Origin: Octopus vulgaris
Lineage: Eukaryota
Reading direction: 5' to 3'
Length of the DNA stretch: 64,000 nucleotides
NCBI GenBank assembly: GCA_951406725.2
Contig: OX597830.1
Location: 58,776,001-58,840,000 of the forward strand
Under the pieces are notes generated by a model that saw only the letters and a list, made by a program, of their open reading frames with translations, did no database searches and had not been told where the DNA came from. Positions 1 to 13,753 of this stretch are shown piece after piece; position 1 is the first letter of the stretch; the number at the start of each line of letters is the position of its first letter. The translations under genes were made by a program, and so were the position numbers.

Positions 1-1480
1 TCTACTCGAGTATTCCATAAGTGAGTTAGGCAACGATCGAACTATCACATCTTTTTAAGGTATAGTCCAGTTAGGACAACATTATTTAATCCGTTTTTTG
101 TTAAGACGCTAAGATACTTTAATAATTTACAAGACCGAGATCAAAGTAAAAATATTCAAACAATTTATAGAAGCGTTTCAGTTGACAGCGTTTATTTTTC
201 AGAGACAACAAACAGAACTTCTTCAGTTTCACTGAATATCATCAGATTTCGGTAAATTTTCGATGAAATAACTTTCGGTTTACGATTCCGTCAAAAAAGT
301 ATTTTCTTTCCATAGAAAACCGTAACAACAGAAGAAATATTGACGCTAAAATATGGGGACAGAGTCGAGCTGTAAATTACCGTGAAATACTACCATTTTG
401 ATACCATATCAAATGAATTGTAAAAAGTTATCTATTTGAGCTGCTATATTTTTAAAAATCTGTCTTTTTACTTAGGTGTCGTCTGAGCGTGATTCAACAT
501 TTTTTCTTGATACTGGGATTTTAAAGTACTTAAACCATGGTGCTACCATCCCGCCGGAACATTACCGGTCATATTTGGAAAATATTTAAATTTATTTCAC
601 GAGAGCCAGAATAGACTACTGGACGAAATACCTTGCGGCATATAGTTACGACCCTTTAAGCTCCCTGTTCAAATTCAATCGTGGCTAACTTTACTTGTCA
701 TTCCCACCCCATCTCATAGTTAATGAAATGAAATCGAGTACCAGCATCGGTTTAATCGACTGCTTTCGGCCCCTCACTGTGTGACACTGAACCAATTTTG
801 TAAATTCATATTATATCTTGGAATTTGGTTAGATTTGATATTAATTCTAAAGATTCTTTGAATATTTTTGGTCTCCCATTTTTGGTTTATATTCTCCTTT
901 AATATAAACATTTATTCTTTTGCGCTGTAAAGTTTCTATTATCGCATCACAGTTTCTCCTGTCCCAGAAGATGATATTTCCCCTCTAATCAGAACTTTTC
1001 CATGTTGTTCCACTTTGGTCGTTAGGTGTCGTCTCATAACTCCTTTCGTAAGAGTTCCTACATCTGCATTATCTATTATTAACGCAATTCTTTAATTGGT
1101 CCAATTATTTCTTAGATGTTAGGTTATTGGACTCAAGATTGTGGTTTCGATTCCTGTACCGTGCGATGCGTTGTGTTCTTGAGCAAAACACTTTATTTCA
1201 TGTTTCTTCAGTTCGCTCAGCTGGCAAAAATGAGTCACCCTCCGATGGACCGGCGTCTCATCCAAGGGGAATACATAAACGCTAGAGAAACAGGGAAGCC
1301 GGCTCTGTGCTCCTTACAGAGTAACGCGGATTAACCCTTGCTCACATCTGCTCCAGTGAAATCCCTGCATCGTGTAACATAATCCCTGATATACAACAGT
1401 TTTGTTTCAATAATCTTATAATAAATGATTGGACGAACTGTATTTCCATTTACAATAATATTCAGTGAACATTACAGTAA

Positions 1481-3892
1481 TTTTATTCTCAACATAGGTT
1501 TTTACAAAATAGCTTCATTTTCTGTTTAGAATGAGACAATTCATATAACTTAGTTTTCAAGAACAAAATAAAACATGTTTGATTGACTGCACAAACAGTA
1601 ATAAACACAGAACGTTAACTACAAGAACACAAGAAAACATATAACGTGGACATCAAAGACGGAATGAAACGTATAACTTAGACGGCAAGTATAAAGAAAT
1701 ATTACAGGAAGACTGTAAGTACAGCAATAATTATATAGGTTAGATTTCAAATACTTAGAAAAAGCATGACACTTAGGTTTCAAGATCTGAGGAAGGCATG
1801 AAAGTTTGATATTATTGACAGAGAAAGCGTATAATTTATATTTTCAAAGTTATGTAAAAAAAAAAAAAGTAATAATGAAAGATTTTGGTTTTGAAAAACT
1901 ACAGAAATTGTTCTTCGACAACTGGAGAAAGCATCTAAACTTTTAAAGATAAAAAAAAGCACCAAGCTTTTAATGGCAGAGTAAAAATATGGAAGTTATT
2001 TGTTAAAGGTAGCTGAAAATGTACAGATTTTAACAATAGCGGAAATAAATAATCTAGTTTTTATTTGAATGAAACATTGCGAATTATTTGAAATATATTT
2101 ACTTAGATACAAAGTTAAAAATGTATTGTTTGGCCATTAGAGATGATTACCGTTTATATTATGATCTGGAAAATTAAAAGTTGGGCCTTAATTAAGGTTA
2201 TAATTTTTCGGACCATTAACTTCATCTTTAGAGATTAATATTAAAAAAGAAACAAAAAACAAAACAAATATTTAGATCTCCACAACGTTTTGTTCGGAGA
2301 TCAAAGCGACCAAAACGTACTGTAGAAGTAGATATTAAAAATTGCTTTCATCTTTAAAGATGAAGTTATATTATATAACAAGAACTCATCTCAGAAATTT
2401 ATACATTTAATTGAGCTTTGAAGTTAAAAGCCTAGCTGGTATTTTTGAATTTGTATGTGTGTTAAAAGAATAGAGTCTTATAATAAAAGTAGGCTTTGTA
2501 AGTGGATAGATAACTGTGTGTAAAGTGCAGTGGATATTTGTGTGGAGAAATATATAATATGGTTTCATAATGGATGAACAATCTGTAATGTGAAGTAAAA
2601 GTATGTAATAGAAAACGACGGATGTGATGTGTATTTTAGAGCTTCAGTGAATAGAATTCGGGATAGAGGAAAGGATATTACGTAAACTTCATTTTTTTCT
2701 AGCCATTTTGTACTTTGTGTAAATATTCTTTTGTATTGATTTCTCGTTTGATGTTAGTTTATCAGTCTTGCTAAGTGTCAACTAGATGTAGAACTGTGTC
2801 GCAAAGAATATTAATTGCACTTTAAAAGACGATACTCTCTTTGTCCTTATTTTACCATCTATTCCAGGTATCTTGTTGTCTGTAACCGCAGCAAATACAG
2901 GTTAATGAATTAAATAGGAACCAATATTAAGTTCAGGTTTCATTTTAATTCTGATACGGTTGACCTTAAGGTAGATTAAATTAGAATATACCAGCTGTGT
3001 TCAGCTAGCATCATTCAGCGTAACAGTATTCGGTAACGAACAGTTTCTTGTGCTCCTAAATACAATGTGTAATTCAAAACAAAGATTCTTACTAACAAAA
3101 TACGATGAAGGGAAATCATTTTATTCTAAATCTTGGAGGTAAACTTGATAGAGGAAAGTAGAAATTTGGCGCGGGAGAATTGCTAGTGCCATGACTATAG
3201 ATCGAACCTGGATTATAACCAGTCAAATGTGTAAGTTATATCACCTTTTCGCATTCAAACAGGCATATACACCCATACTTGTACAGATACGCGCGCAAAC
3301 ACACAATATAGAATATATGTACATATTGTTCTAGCTGACAAAGCAAACTTAGGCTTAGATAAAGCCTTTGACGGATGCTTGGTCAATGGTTTTGTGATAA
3401 AAATAGTCTTCTGGTATTTACATTGATCCTTCAAGAGAATAAAAGGAAATAAAAAAAAAAACAACAAAATTCTGTCTCCAAACCTGAAAGTTTGGAACAG
3501 ATTGGTGTCAATGGTCAGACGCTGTCAGCTGGTTGCCTCCTACCGAACATCCACGTCATGAAGAACTCTTGGCGCCAGACAGGCTTTAGGGGAGCTATAT
3601 TTCAGGAGAATTATATCACTTAGCATTGCTTTCTTTGTATCTACCATTTTTCTCTGTGAATTGAACGATGTTGTCGTCATATCATGTTAAAGTCTTTACA
3701 ACGTAGCTTTCCAATCCGAATGACTGCAATGAGGATAAGACAAAAACAACACAGTTTGTTCAATCTATAATGGCTCTTGATGTCTTAAATCATACCATTC
3801 AGTTTTTACACTTTTAAGGGTCAGTTACAACCCTTAGCTGTTTACCATTCTTCTCCTTTCACATTTAACACATATACATCTGCTTCCAAAGC
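1481..3892 (-). other. Probable long AT-rich 3' UTR of the SOSTDC1-like gene
   Basis: Unusually repeat-free AT-rich stretch directly after the stop codon, with minus-strand AATAAA near 1482-1487. The end point is inferred. Confidence 0.35.
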
Positions 3893-4317
3893 TCAGTTAG
3901 TTTTTCTTAAAGTCTTATTTTTTCGGTTTTTACGGCTTTTTGTGCGTCTGCCGCGCTTTCGATGTCTTCTCGATTTTCTTGATGTCTTATACTTTATTTT
4001 ATAATCAGATCTGTTCTCATTCGCATGATAACGTTTACAAGTGCAGCTTTTAACAACTTTAATGTTATAATATTTTATTTGTCCATCATTGCACAAAAGA
4101 GGTACTTCTTTCCGACGAATGCGTTCTTCAACACACCGCCATTCCAGAATTTTTGTTCGAGACCAATATTTAACATATTCTGCGTACCAAGGCAATTTAT
4201 CTATCGGTAAACAATAACCAGTACATATCATTTCCATCACTGGCTTTATTGACGTACAAGATCCATCAGAAATATATTTCTTTGACCGCAGCTCCTTGCA
4301 GCCCATTTGAATATCAT
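3893..4317 (-). CDS. SOSTDC1: Terminal coding exon of a sclerostin domain-containing (SOSTDC1/Wise-like, DAN-family cystine knot) secreted protein
   Basis: Translation DIQMGCKELRSKKYISDGSCTSIKPVMEMICTGYCLP...KYWSR...EWRCV...LLCNDGQIKYYNIKVVKSCTCKRY parallels vertebrate SOSTDC1 (VQVGCRELRSTKYISDGQCTS..LVCAGECLP..KYWSRR..EWRCV..LQCQDG..YKITVVTACKCKRY). It has 8 Cys with CxGxC and CxC motifs. A pyrimidine tract and AG acceptor lie at 4319-4318 (phase 1); the TGA stop is at 3895-3893. The upstream signal-peptide exon was not located. Confidence 0.9.
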
Positions 4318-4419
4318 CTGAAAAGAGAGAAAAGAAATAATTGTAAACAAACTGGGTTTGTGTCAATTTCGTGACGGTTCTTATAACCAGTAAATGATAA
4401 ATGAATTCGTTTATATCTG

Positions 4420-4495
<76 letters not shown>

Positions 4496-4622
4496 TGTAT
4501 GTGTGCGTGCGTGCGTGCATTCCTAGCTCTCCTGTCTGACCTCTCCTGTCCGGCCATTGCCATGATTGACCGCTAGCTACTACAGCTTTTTAAAAATTCT
4601 CTCTGTTTATTTACTCACGTTC

Positions 4623-4659
4623 CTTTCTGGTTGAAGAGCGTAGGCTCGAAACGTAAAAG
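4623..4659 (+). ncRNA. Minimal hammerhead-like motif with variant core, in a ~250-bp Penelope-like repeat (family P1, ~4510-4750)
   Basis: CUUU-CUGGUUGA-A-GAGC(guag)GCUC-GAAA-CG-UA-AAAG. The same family recurs on the minus strand at ~6340-6700 and ~40695-40895. Confidence 0.6.
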
Positions 4660-4861
4660 ACTTTTTCACCTTCCCGAGCGTTAAATTAATACGCCTGTTT
4701 GTTGTTTACACACTTGTCTTCGTTTTTCGTTGTTTTGTAAATTCCAAGTATATATATATAGTTAAGCCAAACATGAAAACACAAAGAGAAAACACAACAG
4801 CGCGAGGACGTGGAACAAATATAGTATTATTGGACGCTCAGGAAGGAAGGGAAGAAGGAGG

Positions 4862-4896
4862 GTTTAACGTTTCGAGCGGAGCTCTTCGTCAGAAAC
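4862..4896 (-). ncRNA. Minimal type-I hammerhead ribozyme, canonical core
   Basis: Minus strand GUUU-CUGACGA-A-GAGC(ucc)GCUC-GAAA-CG-UU|AAAC: stem I GUUU/AAAC, stem II GAGC/GCUC and palindromic mini stem III (AACGUU). Confidence 0.8.
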
Positions 4897-4969
4897 TCAG
4901 GAAAAGGAAAGATCCAGAGAAGGGAAGACGGAGGGAAAAATCGCCAACGGTACACACGCGGTCACATTG

Positions 4970-5070
<101 letters not shown>

Positions 5071-6339
5071 CATAAATATATACATACATGCGCGCGCACA
5101 CACACACATTCGTCTGCTTCCAAAGTTCAGTGTGTGTGTATAAGAGTGTATATATGTATATGTGCGTGTGTGTGAATACGTATTTGTGTATGTATGTATG
5201 TATGTATCTATCTATTTATCGATCTAAATCTCTGTTGATTCAACAGAAGCAATAAATTACAGTACTCAATACAAACGTAGAGTATTCCTTAATACTTTAG
5301 AAACGAAAAGCTCCGACTTCCAGTACTCGCAGTTACTCTTCTCCGATTATCAGCTGGAAAACCGAGCTTAGTATTCTTTTGAAAATATATATTGTGTGAA
5401 AAGATTTTTGAAAAATATAGAAAAAGTTTGGAGAAAAAGCTTATCCTTATGTTCATCTGTTTGAAAACCTTTATGAACGAGACGGGCGAAAACGGCTGCT
5501 TCAAGCTCACGCTTTTGATTTTCTTGTCTCGCTTTCGTGGTAATATTATTATAAACATCATAAACTCCAGGACAAGCGAAGAGTGTTGGAAATCGGATCC
5601 TTTCAATCCTCTATCCATATATGTATATTCATGGGCACACACACACACACACACACATTCGTGCGGAACTGGTAAGGAATAATAGAGATGATTTAAAATA
5701 CCAATGTTACAAAACCATCTTTAATTGAAAAAAAAAAAAAAAGAAAAGAAAAGATTTTTATGAAATTAAGCACGAAATAAGATACAACAAAGCATGTTGA
5801 GCAGGACACGTGTTTGACGAGTTTTTGTGATGTTGAGTATCTGTATTCGCTAGTAAAGACACTCATTCATTGTGAAATCCATTATCTGTAGCAATTTTGA
5901 GGGCTTTTGTTGCGCGCTGTGTATGTTTAGCGCGGTAGGTTGCAATAATGTTTCGTTGATATGCTTAGTTAACTGTGATTAGCGAATGCAGAGAGAGAAG
6001 ACTTCTCATCTCTCTGTCATAGTTTGATGTGTATACGTGAGCAGCTTTAAGCCAATCAGTTGAGCTCTCTTTGGACGTCGTCTAGTCTGTTCGTGTGTCA
6101 GGAATAGCACCGTCCTAGATATGTGAACAAACAAAGAAACAAAAAAACTAATTTGTTTTGATATCATTACCAGGAAGCAGAGGCTTGAAACTGTTGCATC
6201 TGAATTTAGGTAAAAATGGCACAGGTAAAAATGGCAAAACAAGCTTAATGGCACAATAAATTCGTAGTCCGTATTTTACCAGTTACATTCTTTACTTTAT
6301 GCATACAGATACATACATACATATTTATATAAATATATA

Positions 6340-6474
6340 ATTGGAATTTACAAAAAACAAAAGACGAAGACGGGTGTGTAAACAACAAATATGTATTAGT
6401 TTAACACTCAGGAAGGTGACAAAGTTTTTTTACATTTCGAGCCTACGCTCTTCAACATAAAGGAACACAAAAAT

Positions 6475-6570
<96 letters not shown>

Positions 6571-6700
6571 TAAAAAGAATTAGTGGCTAGGAATCAATCA
6601 TGGCGAATACCGGACAGAGGTGGTTAGACAGGAGAGCTAGGAAGAAGAGGAAATAATAAAGTAGTGGTGATCCCAAAACGAATGTGTGCGTGCGTACGTG
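6340..6700 (-). mobile_element. Family P1 Penelope-like non-autonomous repeat with a degenerate hammerhead and internal (GA)n
   Basis: Reverse-complement homology to 4510-4750. The core has decayed to AUGUUGA...GAAAUGUA at ~6427-6462. Confidence 0.65.
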
Positions 6701-6828
6701 AGAGCGTGTGGATAGGGGCTGGTGATCTTGACGTGTGTGTGTGCATGTGTAGGTGTGTGGATGATGGTGTGGGTGCTGGGAAGTGGTCAGAGAGAGAGAG
6801 AGGGTGAATGTATGTATATGTATGTCTG

Positions 6829-6861
<33 letters not shown>

Positions 6862-6946
6862 ATATATATATAGTATTATATAACGCTATACATACATATA
6901 TCTAGGTATTTGAATGCAGGTTTGTGTATGTATATTTGCATGTGTG

Positions 6947-6989
<43 letters not shown>

Positions 6990-9038
6990 TTTATTTGTTT
7001 CAGTCATTGATAAAAAAATTACAGAATAAGCCCGTCGCATATATGTATATATAAATGGTGACTTTATTTTACTTCTTTTGACAGTAGAGTTTATTTCATT
7101 CAGTAAGCTTATTCTGTAATTTTTAACCTATTCTTTCACTTATGTCATTTCTATCTGTACCGTTTTTACCCGCGCCATTATTACCGTTCACCGCTGCAGC
7201 CGTTGCATGGACGTAGAGAAAAGGAAAAAGGCGACGAAAGAGCAAAACAAACAATTTATGGGAAAATGTTTAACTTTTGTAATATATCATAAAATTGATT
7301 TATGAATATTTTTCACCGAAAATATTGAAAGATTGAAACCTTTTTAAATTCTTTGTTTTACAACATTGTAGTAAAGTAAATTATAATTAATCATATCGTA
7401 ATACATTAAACTATATCAAGGTAATCATCCTTCCACCACCGCCCGACGTTTAAAATGAATAATATATATCCAGATATCAAGAATCGAGGGAATTTTGTGC
7501 TCATTCAGCCTGCTAGAAATAGAAGCTAAATATCCCACAAATCCCCCACCCTCGTCTTTAAAAGGAAGAACATACTGTATTATGTACGGATTCTGAATTC
7601 TGTGACAGGCTGTGTCTAAAAAGACAGGATGGTCTCTCTAAAATGTCCGTGATCAGAGACGTTTTTGAAGGGTTAAATAACAAGTGGGGAAATGTCGAGA
7701 AAAAGCCGTTTTTTAAAGACTTTACCTGGTTTCTCTGGTTGTTATTTCATTTGTACTTTACAAATGAGTTGGCATTTGAAATCAGCCTCTTAAATGCTCG
7801 TTTTTTTAAAATCAGATTTCGACCAATACATTTTATTTTGATTTGTGTATTTCTTTGTTCCATTAAATTCTTAAACATATTTGATGATGAATCAATCATT
7901 ATTGAATTTATTAATACTTTGCCTGTGCTCCTGCCAACTCATTATATTCTGAGTTCGAATTCTGCCGAGCCCTTCAACCCTTTGGGATCGATAAAATAAT
8001 ATCAAGCAAGTACTGGAGTCGATGTAATCGGCTCCTCCACCCTGCCACCTAATATTAGCGGCCTCGGGCCAACAATATTTTGACCATCTTTTTAAATCTT
8101 TTTAGAAAGAAATTGAATTTAAAAATCAAATTTATTTATTTGCTTACATTTTAATCAGACTTTGCTCCACCATCGACACACCACTGCCAACACTGATTTT
8201 CAGCTTTAGAACGAGTTCTCCAACGTTTTCAAGAATGGCGTTTAGTTCTTGGAGCTATTTTTGGGGTCTCTTTTATTGTCTCATATCAGTAACCTTTCGG
8301 GTGTGAATTTCCGCTTTGGGAACTAAAAAATTCGCAGATTTTTTATGATGTTTAATTTTTCTGTGATACAGAGGTTGCATATACTCCCTCATCACTTGTA
8401 TTTGTTGGCCTTTGCTATGATGTTCTAGTTTTGTCTGGAGGTTGTCCACGTCCAAATATTTAGGGTTCCATACCATATTACACAAAGATGCTTTTCACCC
8501 CTCGTCAGTGAAACTATTAATGTTGAAGTCTTGGAATAATTAGGTCTAATCAAAAATGGATGCGATTGCCAGATTCCTCAATGCTTGACCACTTGTGAAT
8601 TTTCTTTTTTACACACGAAACCATTTGTAGCATGCTTGACCCCCAAATAAAGAATATTTATCCACCAAATGCGTCGTTGCGCATTTATTCTCACTTTTCG
8701 ATACCATTGAAATGAGTTCAAGATTTCTTAGTCTAACTTGGATAAAGCACCGTCTTAACAACACAGAAGCTGCAAATCGAACATCAATGTTTGCTACGTC
8801 TGAGTGAGAAGATGTTCGAAAAATATACATTTTGTAATAAGTGTGTTTTTCGCAGAAATGAATTTCACTCGAAAAGTAATGTATCTCGCACGTGGACTGA
8901 AACAGCTCCTTCATCTGTTTTGAATATAACTTGACAATATAGATCTAAAGCATTTTTTAAATACTATCATTGCTCTAGACCGCTAGCCGCTAACGCTTTT
9001 TTATATTCTCTCTCTGTTTATTTTATCGTGTTTCTTTC

Positions 9039-9096
<58 letters not shown>

Positions 9097-9245
9097 ACAT
9101 CGAAAAATACCTTAAGAATGAGAACCCAGGTTCGAAATTCCCGCAAGACACCCGATGAAGGCCGCTAGGGTATATCAGCCGAAACATGTTAACAACAAGC
9201 AAGATGAGGACAAATATCCGTCGAATGTAAATAATGTAAATAATA
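9097..9245 (+). mobile_element. Degenerate copy of the hammerhead-bearing repeat found at 20412-20657
   Basis: Shares ATCGAAAAATACCTTA.GAATGAGAACCCAGGTT.GAAATT...GACAC..GATGAAGGC...CAGCCGAAAC. The core is mutated to CCGAUGA. Confidence 0.75.
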
Positions 9246-9256
9246 TTTTCTGTAAA

Positions 9257-9816
9257 GTATGTATGTATGTATGTATGTATGTATGTATGTATGTATGTAT
9301 GTATGTATGTATGTGTGTATGTGTGTATGTATGTGTGTATGTATGTATGTATGTATGTATGTATTTATGTATGTATGTATGTATGTATGTATGTATGTGT
9401 GTATGTATGTATGTATGCATGCATGTATGTATGTATGTATGTATGTATGCATGCATGTATGTATGCATGTATGTATGTATGTATGCATGTATGTATGTAT
9501 GTATGTATGTATTTATGTATGTATGTGTGTATGTATGTATGTATGTATGCATGTATGTATGTATGTATGTGTGTATGTATGTATGTATGTATGTGTGTAT
9601 GTATGTATGTATGTATGTATGCATGTATGTGTGTATGTATGTATGTATGTATGTATGTATGTATGTATGTATGTATGTATGTATGCATGCATGTATGTAT
9701 GTATGTATGTATGTATGTATGTATGTATTTATGTATGTATGTATGTATGTATGTATGTATGTATGTATGTATGCATGCATGCATGTATGTATGTATGTAT
9801 GCATGTATGTATGTAT
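9257..9816 (+). repeat. (TATG)n microsatellite, ~560 bp
   Basis: Direct inspection; source of the spurious MYVC/HTYI ORFs. Confidence 0.97.
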
Positions 9817-9909
9817 GTGCGTGTGTTTGTGAGCATGAGTATGTATTCATTCACGCATACTTATTAGATTGTATACTTGTGTTGATATAGTTTTATGTAG
9901 AATAACATA

Positions 9910-9943
<34 letters not shown>

Positions 9944-10470
9944 CCTGTACAGGAGTTATAAGCCCTTAATGGTAACTTTTTCTGAAATATTTTAAGAATG
10001 ACTTTTGAGCTTTGAAAACCCTATGTGGCCCCCAAATCTCCGATTTTACTCTCATTCCTATTTTCTTTCTTTGCTTGCCTTCAGACTATCGTAGAACCAT
10101 TGTAATGTATCGATCAGTTTTATACCGCTCTAACGTACATTGATAACAGTCCACCGTAAACGTTATTGGCCGAGTGGTTAAGAATTTCGCCTCGTAACCT
10201 CGTGGTTTCGGGTTCAGTTCCACATGTGACACCATGTCTTTTACGCCTTCTCGTCTACTGTAGCTCCGTATTGGTCAATGGTTTGTGTATTTAGTAGACG
10301 GAAACTGTGTGGTAGTACATATTATATCAATCTGTCTGCATTTTTCGGACAATTCAGGTCTCTGTTAGTGTATATGTTTTCATTCACGTGCATTAACTAT
10401 AGCATTAGGGCATTTTAGCTCTTATTTCTAGCAATGAAGGTGTTTCTTAAAACCCTGGTCACATTTAGTG

Positions 10471-10836
10471 TGGAGGCGCAATGGCCTAGTGGTTAGGGCA
10501 GCGGACTCGCTGTCGTGGGATTGCGGTTTCGATTCTCAGACCGGGCGTTGTGAGTGTTTATTGAGCGAAAACTCCTAAAACTCCACAAAGCTCCAGCAGG
10601 GGGTGGTGGCAAACCCTGCTGTACTCTTTCACCACAACTTTCTCTCACTCTTTCTTCCTGTTTCTGTTGTACCTGTATTTCAAAGGGGCCAGCCTTGTCA
10701 CGCTGAATCTCTCTGAGAACTACGTTAAGGGTACACGTGTCCTCGGAATGCTCAGCCACTTGCACATTAATTTCATGAGTAGGCTGTTCTGTTGATCGGA
10801 TCAGCTGGGACCCTCGTCGTCGTAACCGACAGAATG
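10471..10836 (+). mobile_element. tRNA-derived SINE (family B)
   Basis: Head GGAGGCGCAATGGCCTAGTGGTTAGGGCAGCGGACTCG...GGTTTCGATTC with A and B boxes. Related copies at ~51128-51420, ~20023-20150 and ~1110-1320. Confidence 0.8.
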
Positions 10837-11048
10837 CTTGGCGATTTTAAGTAGAGGCGCAATGCCGTAGTAATTTATTAACTGCTCATACATTTTCGTT
10901 TGGTATATTTATTTAACAACAGTCTGCTACTTCTTTGAAATATATTATCATTGCTTGGATTATTATCACTCAGAACATTGAGTAATAATGAGCTCCAAAA
11001 TTCGGATAATGAGATCACTAGTAATCTCAATAGTCCTGTGAACCTGTG

Positions 11049-11446
11049 TAAGGCGGTGAGCTGGCAGAAACGTTTGCACGCCGGGCGAAATGCGTAGCCG
11101 TATTTCGTTTGCCGTTACGTTGTGAGTTTAAATTCCGCCGAGGTCGACCTTACCTTTCGTCCTTTCGGGGTCGATAAATTAAGTACCAGTTACGCACTGG
11201 GGTCGATATAATCGACTTAATCCGTTTGTCTGTCCTTGTTTGTCCTCTCTGTGTTTAGCCCCTTGTGGGTAGTAAAGAAATAGGTATTTCGTTTGTCTTT
11301 ACGTTCTGAGTTCAAATTTCGCCGTGGTCGACTTTGCCTTCCATCCTTTCGGAGTCGATAAATAAGTACCAGTTGCGTACTGGGATCGATCTAATAGACT
11401 GGCTCCCTCCCCCCAAATTTCGAGCCTTGTGCCTAGAGTAGAAAAG
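11049..11446 (+). mobile_element. tRNA-derived SINE (family A), dimeric form
   Basis: GGCGGTGAGCTGGCAGAAACG head and GAGTTCAAATT B-box-like motif. The GCCTTTCATCCTTTCGGGGTCGATAAA..AGTACCAG block is repeated twice. Many further copies occur in the window. Confidence 0.85.
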
Positions 11447-11454
11447 ATTCCTGT

Positions 11455-11880
11455 GCGCCTGTGAGACATGGACAGTGACAGCAGAAATTGAAAGAAGAAT
11501 CCAGGCTACAGAGAGGAAATGTTTCAGGGGACTTTTGGGAATATCATACGGGGATCGAATCACAAATGAGGAAGTGAGAAGAAGAATAAGGCAGGCAGTA
11601 GGGCCCTTTGAGGAGCTCTCTTACCACAGTAAAGAAACAAAAGTTCTGATGGTTTGGGCATGTCACCCGCTCATCAGGGATGGCCAAAACATTCCTCCAG
11701 GGAACAGTCAAAGGTGGGAGAAGCAGACAAAGAAAGAGGTGGGGAAACAATATCTGCGAGTGGACAGGCCTAAAGATGAGAGATGCAGTACGGGAGGTAG
11801 AAGGAAGGGACGGGTGGAGACGTCTGGTCGCAAGGTCATCAGTGTTTTCCCAACTGTCAGCCAGACTACGGGATTTATAA
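11455..11880 (+). mobile_element. RTE-clade LINE 3' fragment (C-terminal ORF remnant, frameshifted)
   Basis: ERRIQATERKCFRGLLGISYGDRITNEEVRRRI...MAKTFLQGTVKGGRSRQRKRWGNNICEWTGL...RDGWRRLV is a typical RTE C-terminus. Confidence 0.85.
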
Positions 11881-12788
11881 AAGATAGTGCCGCCGAGGTC
11901 GACTTTGATTTCAGGGTTGATAAAATAGGTACCAGTTATGTACTGGGGGTCGATGTAATCGATTTACTCGCTCTAGCGAAATTGCTGACGTTGTGCTAAA
12001 ATTTGGACCAATATTATGATAGACCTTAAAGTGGCGATCTGGCAGAATGGTTACCGCACAGAGCAAAACGCTTAGCGGCATTTCGTCCATCTTTACGCTC
12101 TGAGTTCAAATGCTGCCGAGGTCGACTTTGTCTTTCATCCTTTCAAAGTTGACGAAATTAGTAGCAATTGAGTATTGGGGTCGATGTTATCGAGTAGCCA
12201 CCCCGCCCTAAAATTTCAGGCCTTGTGTCTAGAGTAGAAACAATTATTACTAAAAAAGAATTTTGAAATTAAAAAAATATTTTCTATCATACACAGAAAA
12301 CCTTTATTTGAATATTTTCTTTTTTTTTTTTTCCTGTGAATGATTTCACGATTCCAAGCACCTACAAAATTTAGCCGTTGTTTGCTTTTTAAGAATCCTA
12401 ACAAATTTTCGTGAATCCTTCTTTCTCATCCTATATATTAGTTTTATATTCTGTGGTATTACCCCAGTTTGAAAAGCCGATCACGGCAACATTTAAAGTT
12501 TCAATCACCTTTATTTTGGAACAAGTAACAACGTTCTACTTTCGATATTACGCATTTATAAGGTGGCGAGTTCAAATTCTGCCAATGTCGACCCTGCCTT
12601 TTATATTTTCGTGGTCGACAAAATAAGTACTGGGGCCGTTGTAATCGACTAGCCCCCTCCCCCCGAATTTCTGGCCTTGTGCCAAAATTTGAAACCGATA
12701 TTGAGTCAGCTTTCTATAAATGTATTTATGTATTTAAATGTTATATTTAGGAAGACTTGTGTAAATAACGTACACATACACATAGATA

Positions 12789-12860
<72 letters not shown>

Positions 12861-13753
12861 CACACGTGTATGGCATCGAATTGTCAGAGACGTTAGAATA
12901 TCAGAGAAAGTACGTGAAGTAAATGATTCCCGCATTCTAAGTTCAAATTCCGCCTAAGTCAATTTGCCTTTAATTTTTTTCGGAGCCCAGAAATAACGCA
13001 TCAGTCGAGAGTAGTGGATTGGTGGAATGCTAAAACATTGGATGAGATTCTTTGCAGTATCTACTTCTCTTCTGCCTGATTTGAATTCAAATTCCGCTTC
13101 CGTCACCAGTAAGTGTGTTACGTCAACACAGCAGCTGCCCGGAGAGGATGCAAAACGACGTTGAAATCCTATGCACTCAACAAAAACACCCACATAATTT
13201 AAAACCAATATTGTTTAATCGTTTGGAAAATGTATAAAAAAAAAAAAGAAGTAGTCTTAGAGGCTCAGCAGACATTTTATACTCGTTAATTTGGAACTCC
13301 ACAAGAAAATGTAAGGTTATAAGACTTTTATTTGGAAATTGGTTCAAAAATTTCGTCTTAAGACTGAAAGATATCTTAAGTTTATGAATTTAGCTTTTAT
13401 AATTTTCATAATTCTGGACAATAGTTAGAGACACCCAACTGCTCTTGATGACTTGTGTCGAATACGACATCAGTGTTTCGGTGAATAGATCGAGGGGTGA
13501 TAGTAACATTCAAAGCCTACTCATACAAAACATTTGCCTCGGCTATTGAAAAAATATAAGGGGAGAAAATGCAATAATTTTACTGACAATAGTATGAACT
13601 TCAGATACATTTATGTGTGTGTATGTGCGAGCGACAGTGAAAGAACGAAGAGCCTAAGTTATGCACTATTTAATGAGGGATAGTAAAGAAAAAGGGGAAA
13701 AAATGGAGGAACTGTTTACTTAAACAATTGCAGCGTGGGAGGTGTTTATAAGC

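Noticed and set aside
5289-5654. 121-aa minus-strand ORF next to the SOSTDC1-like exon
   Set aside because: It starts in a (TG)n tract, has no clear signal peptide, and has no in-frame phase-1 donor.
10471-10545. tRNA gene calls for SINE heads (also 46981, 51128 and 52639)
   Set aside because: A and B boxes are present, but there is no complete cloverleaf, and each head continues into a multi-copy SINE body.
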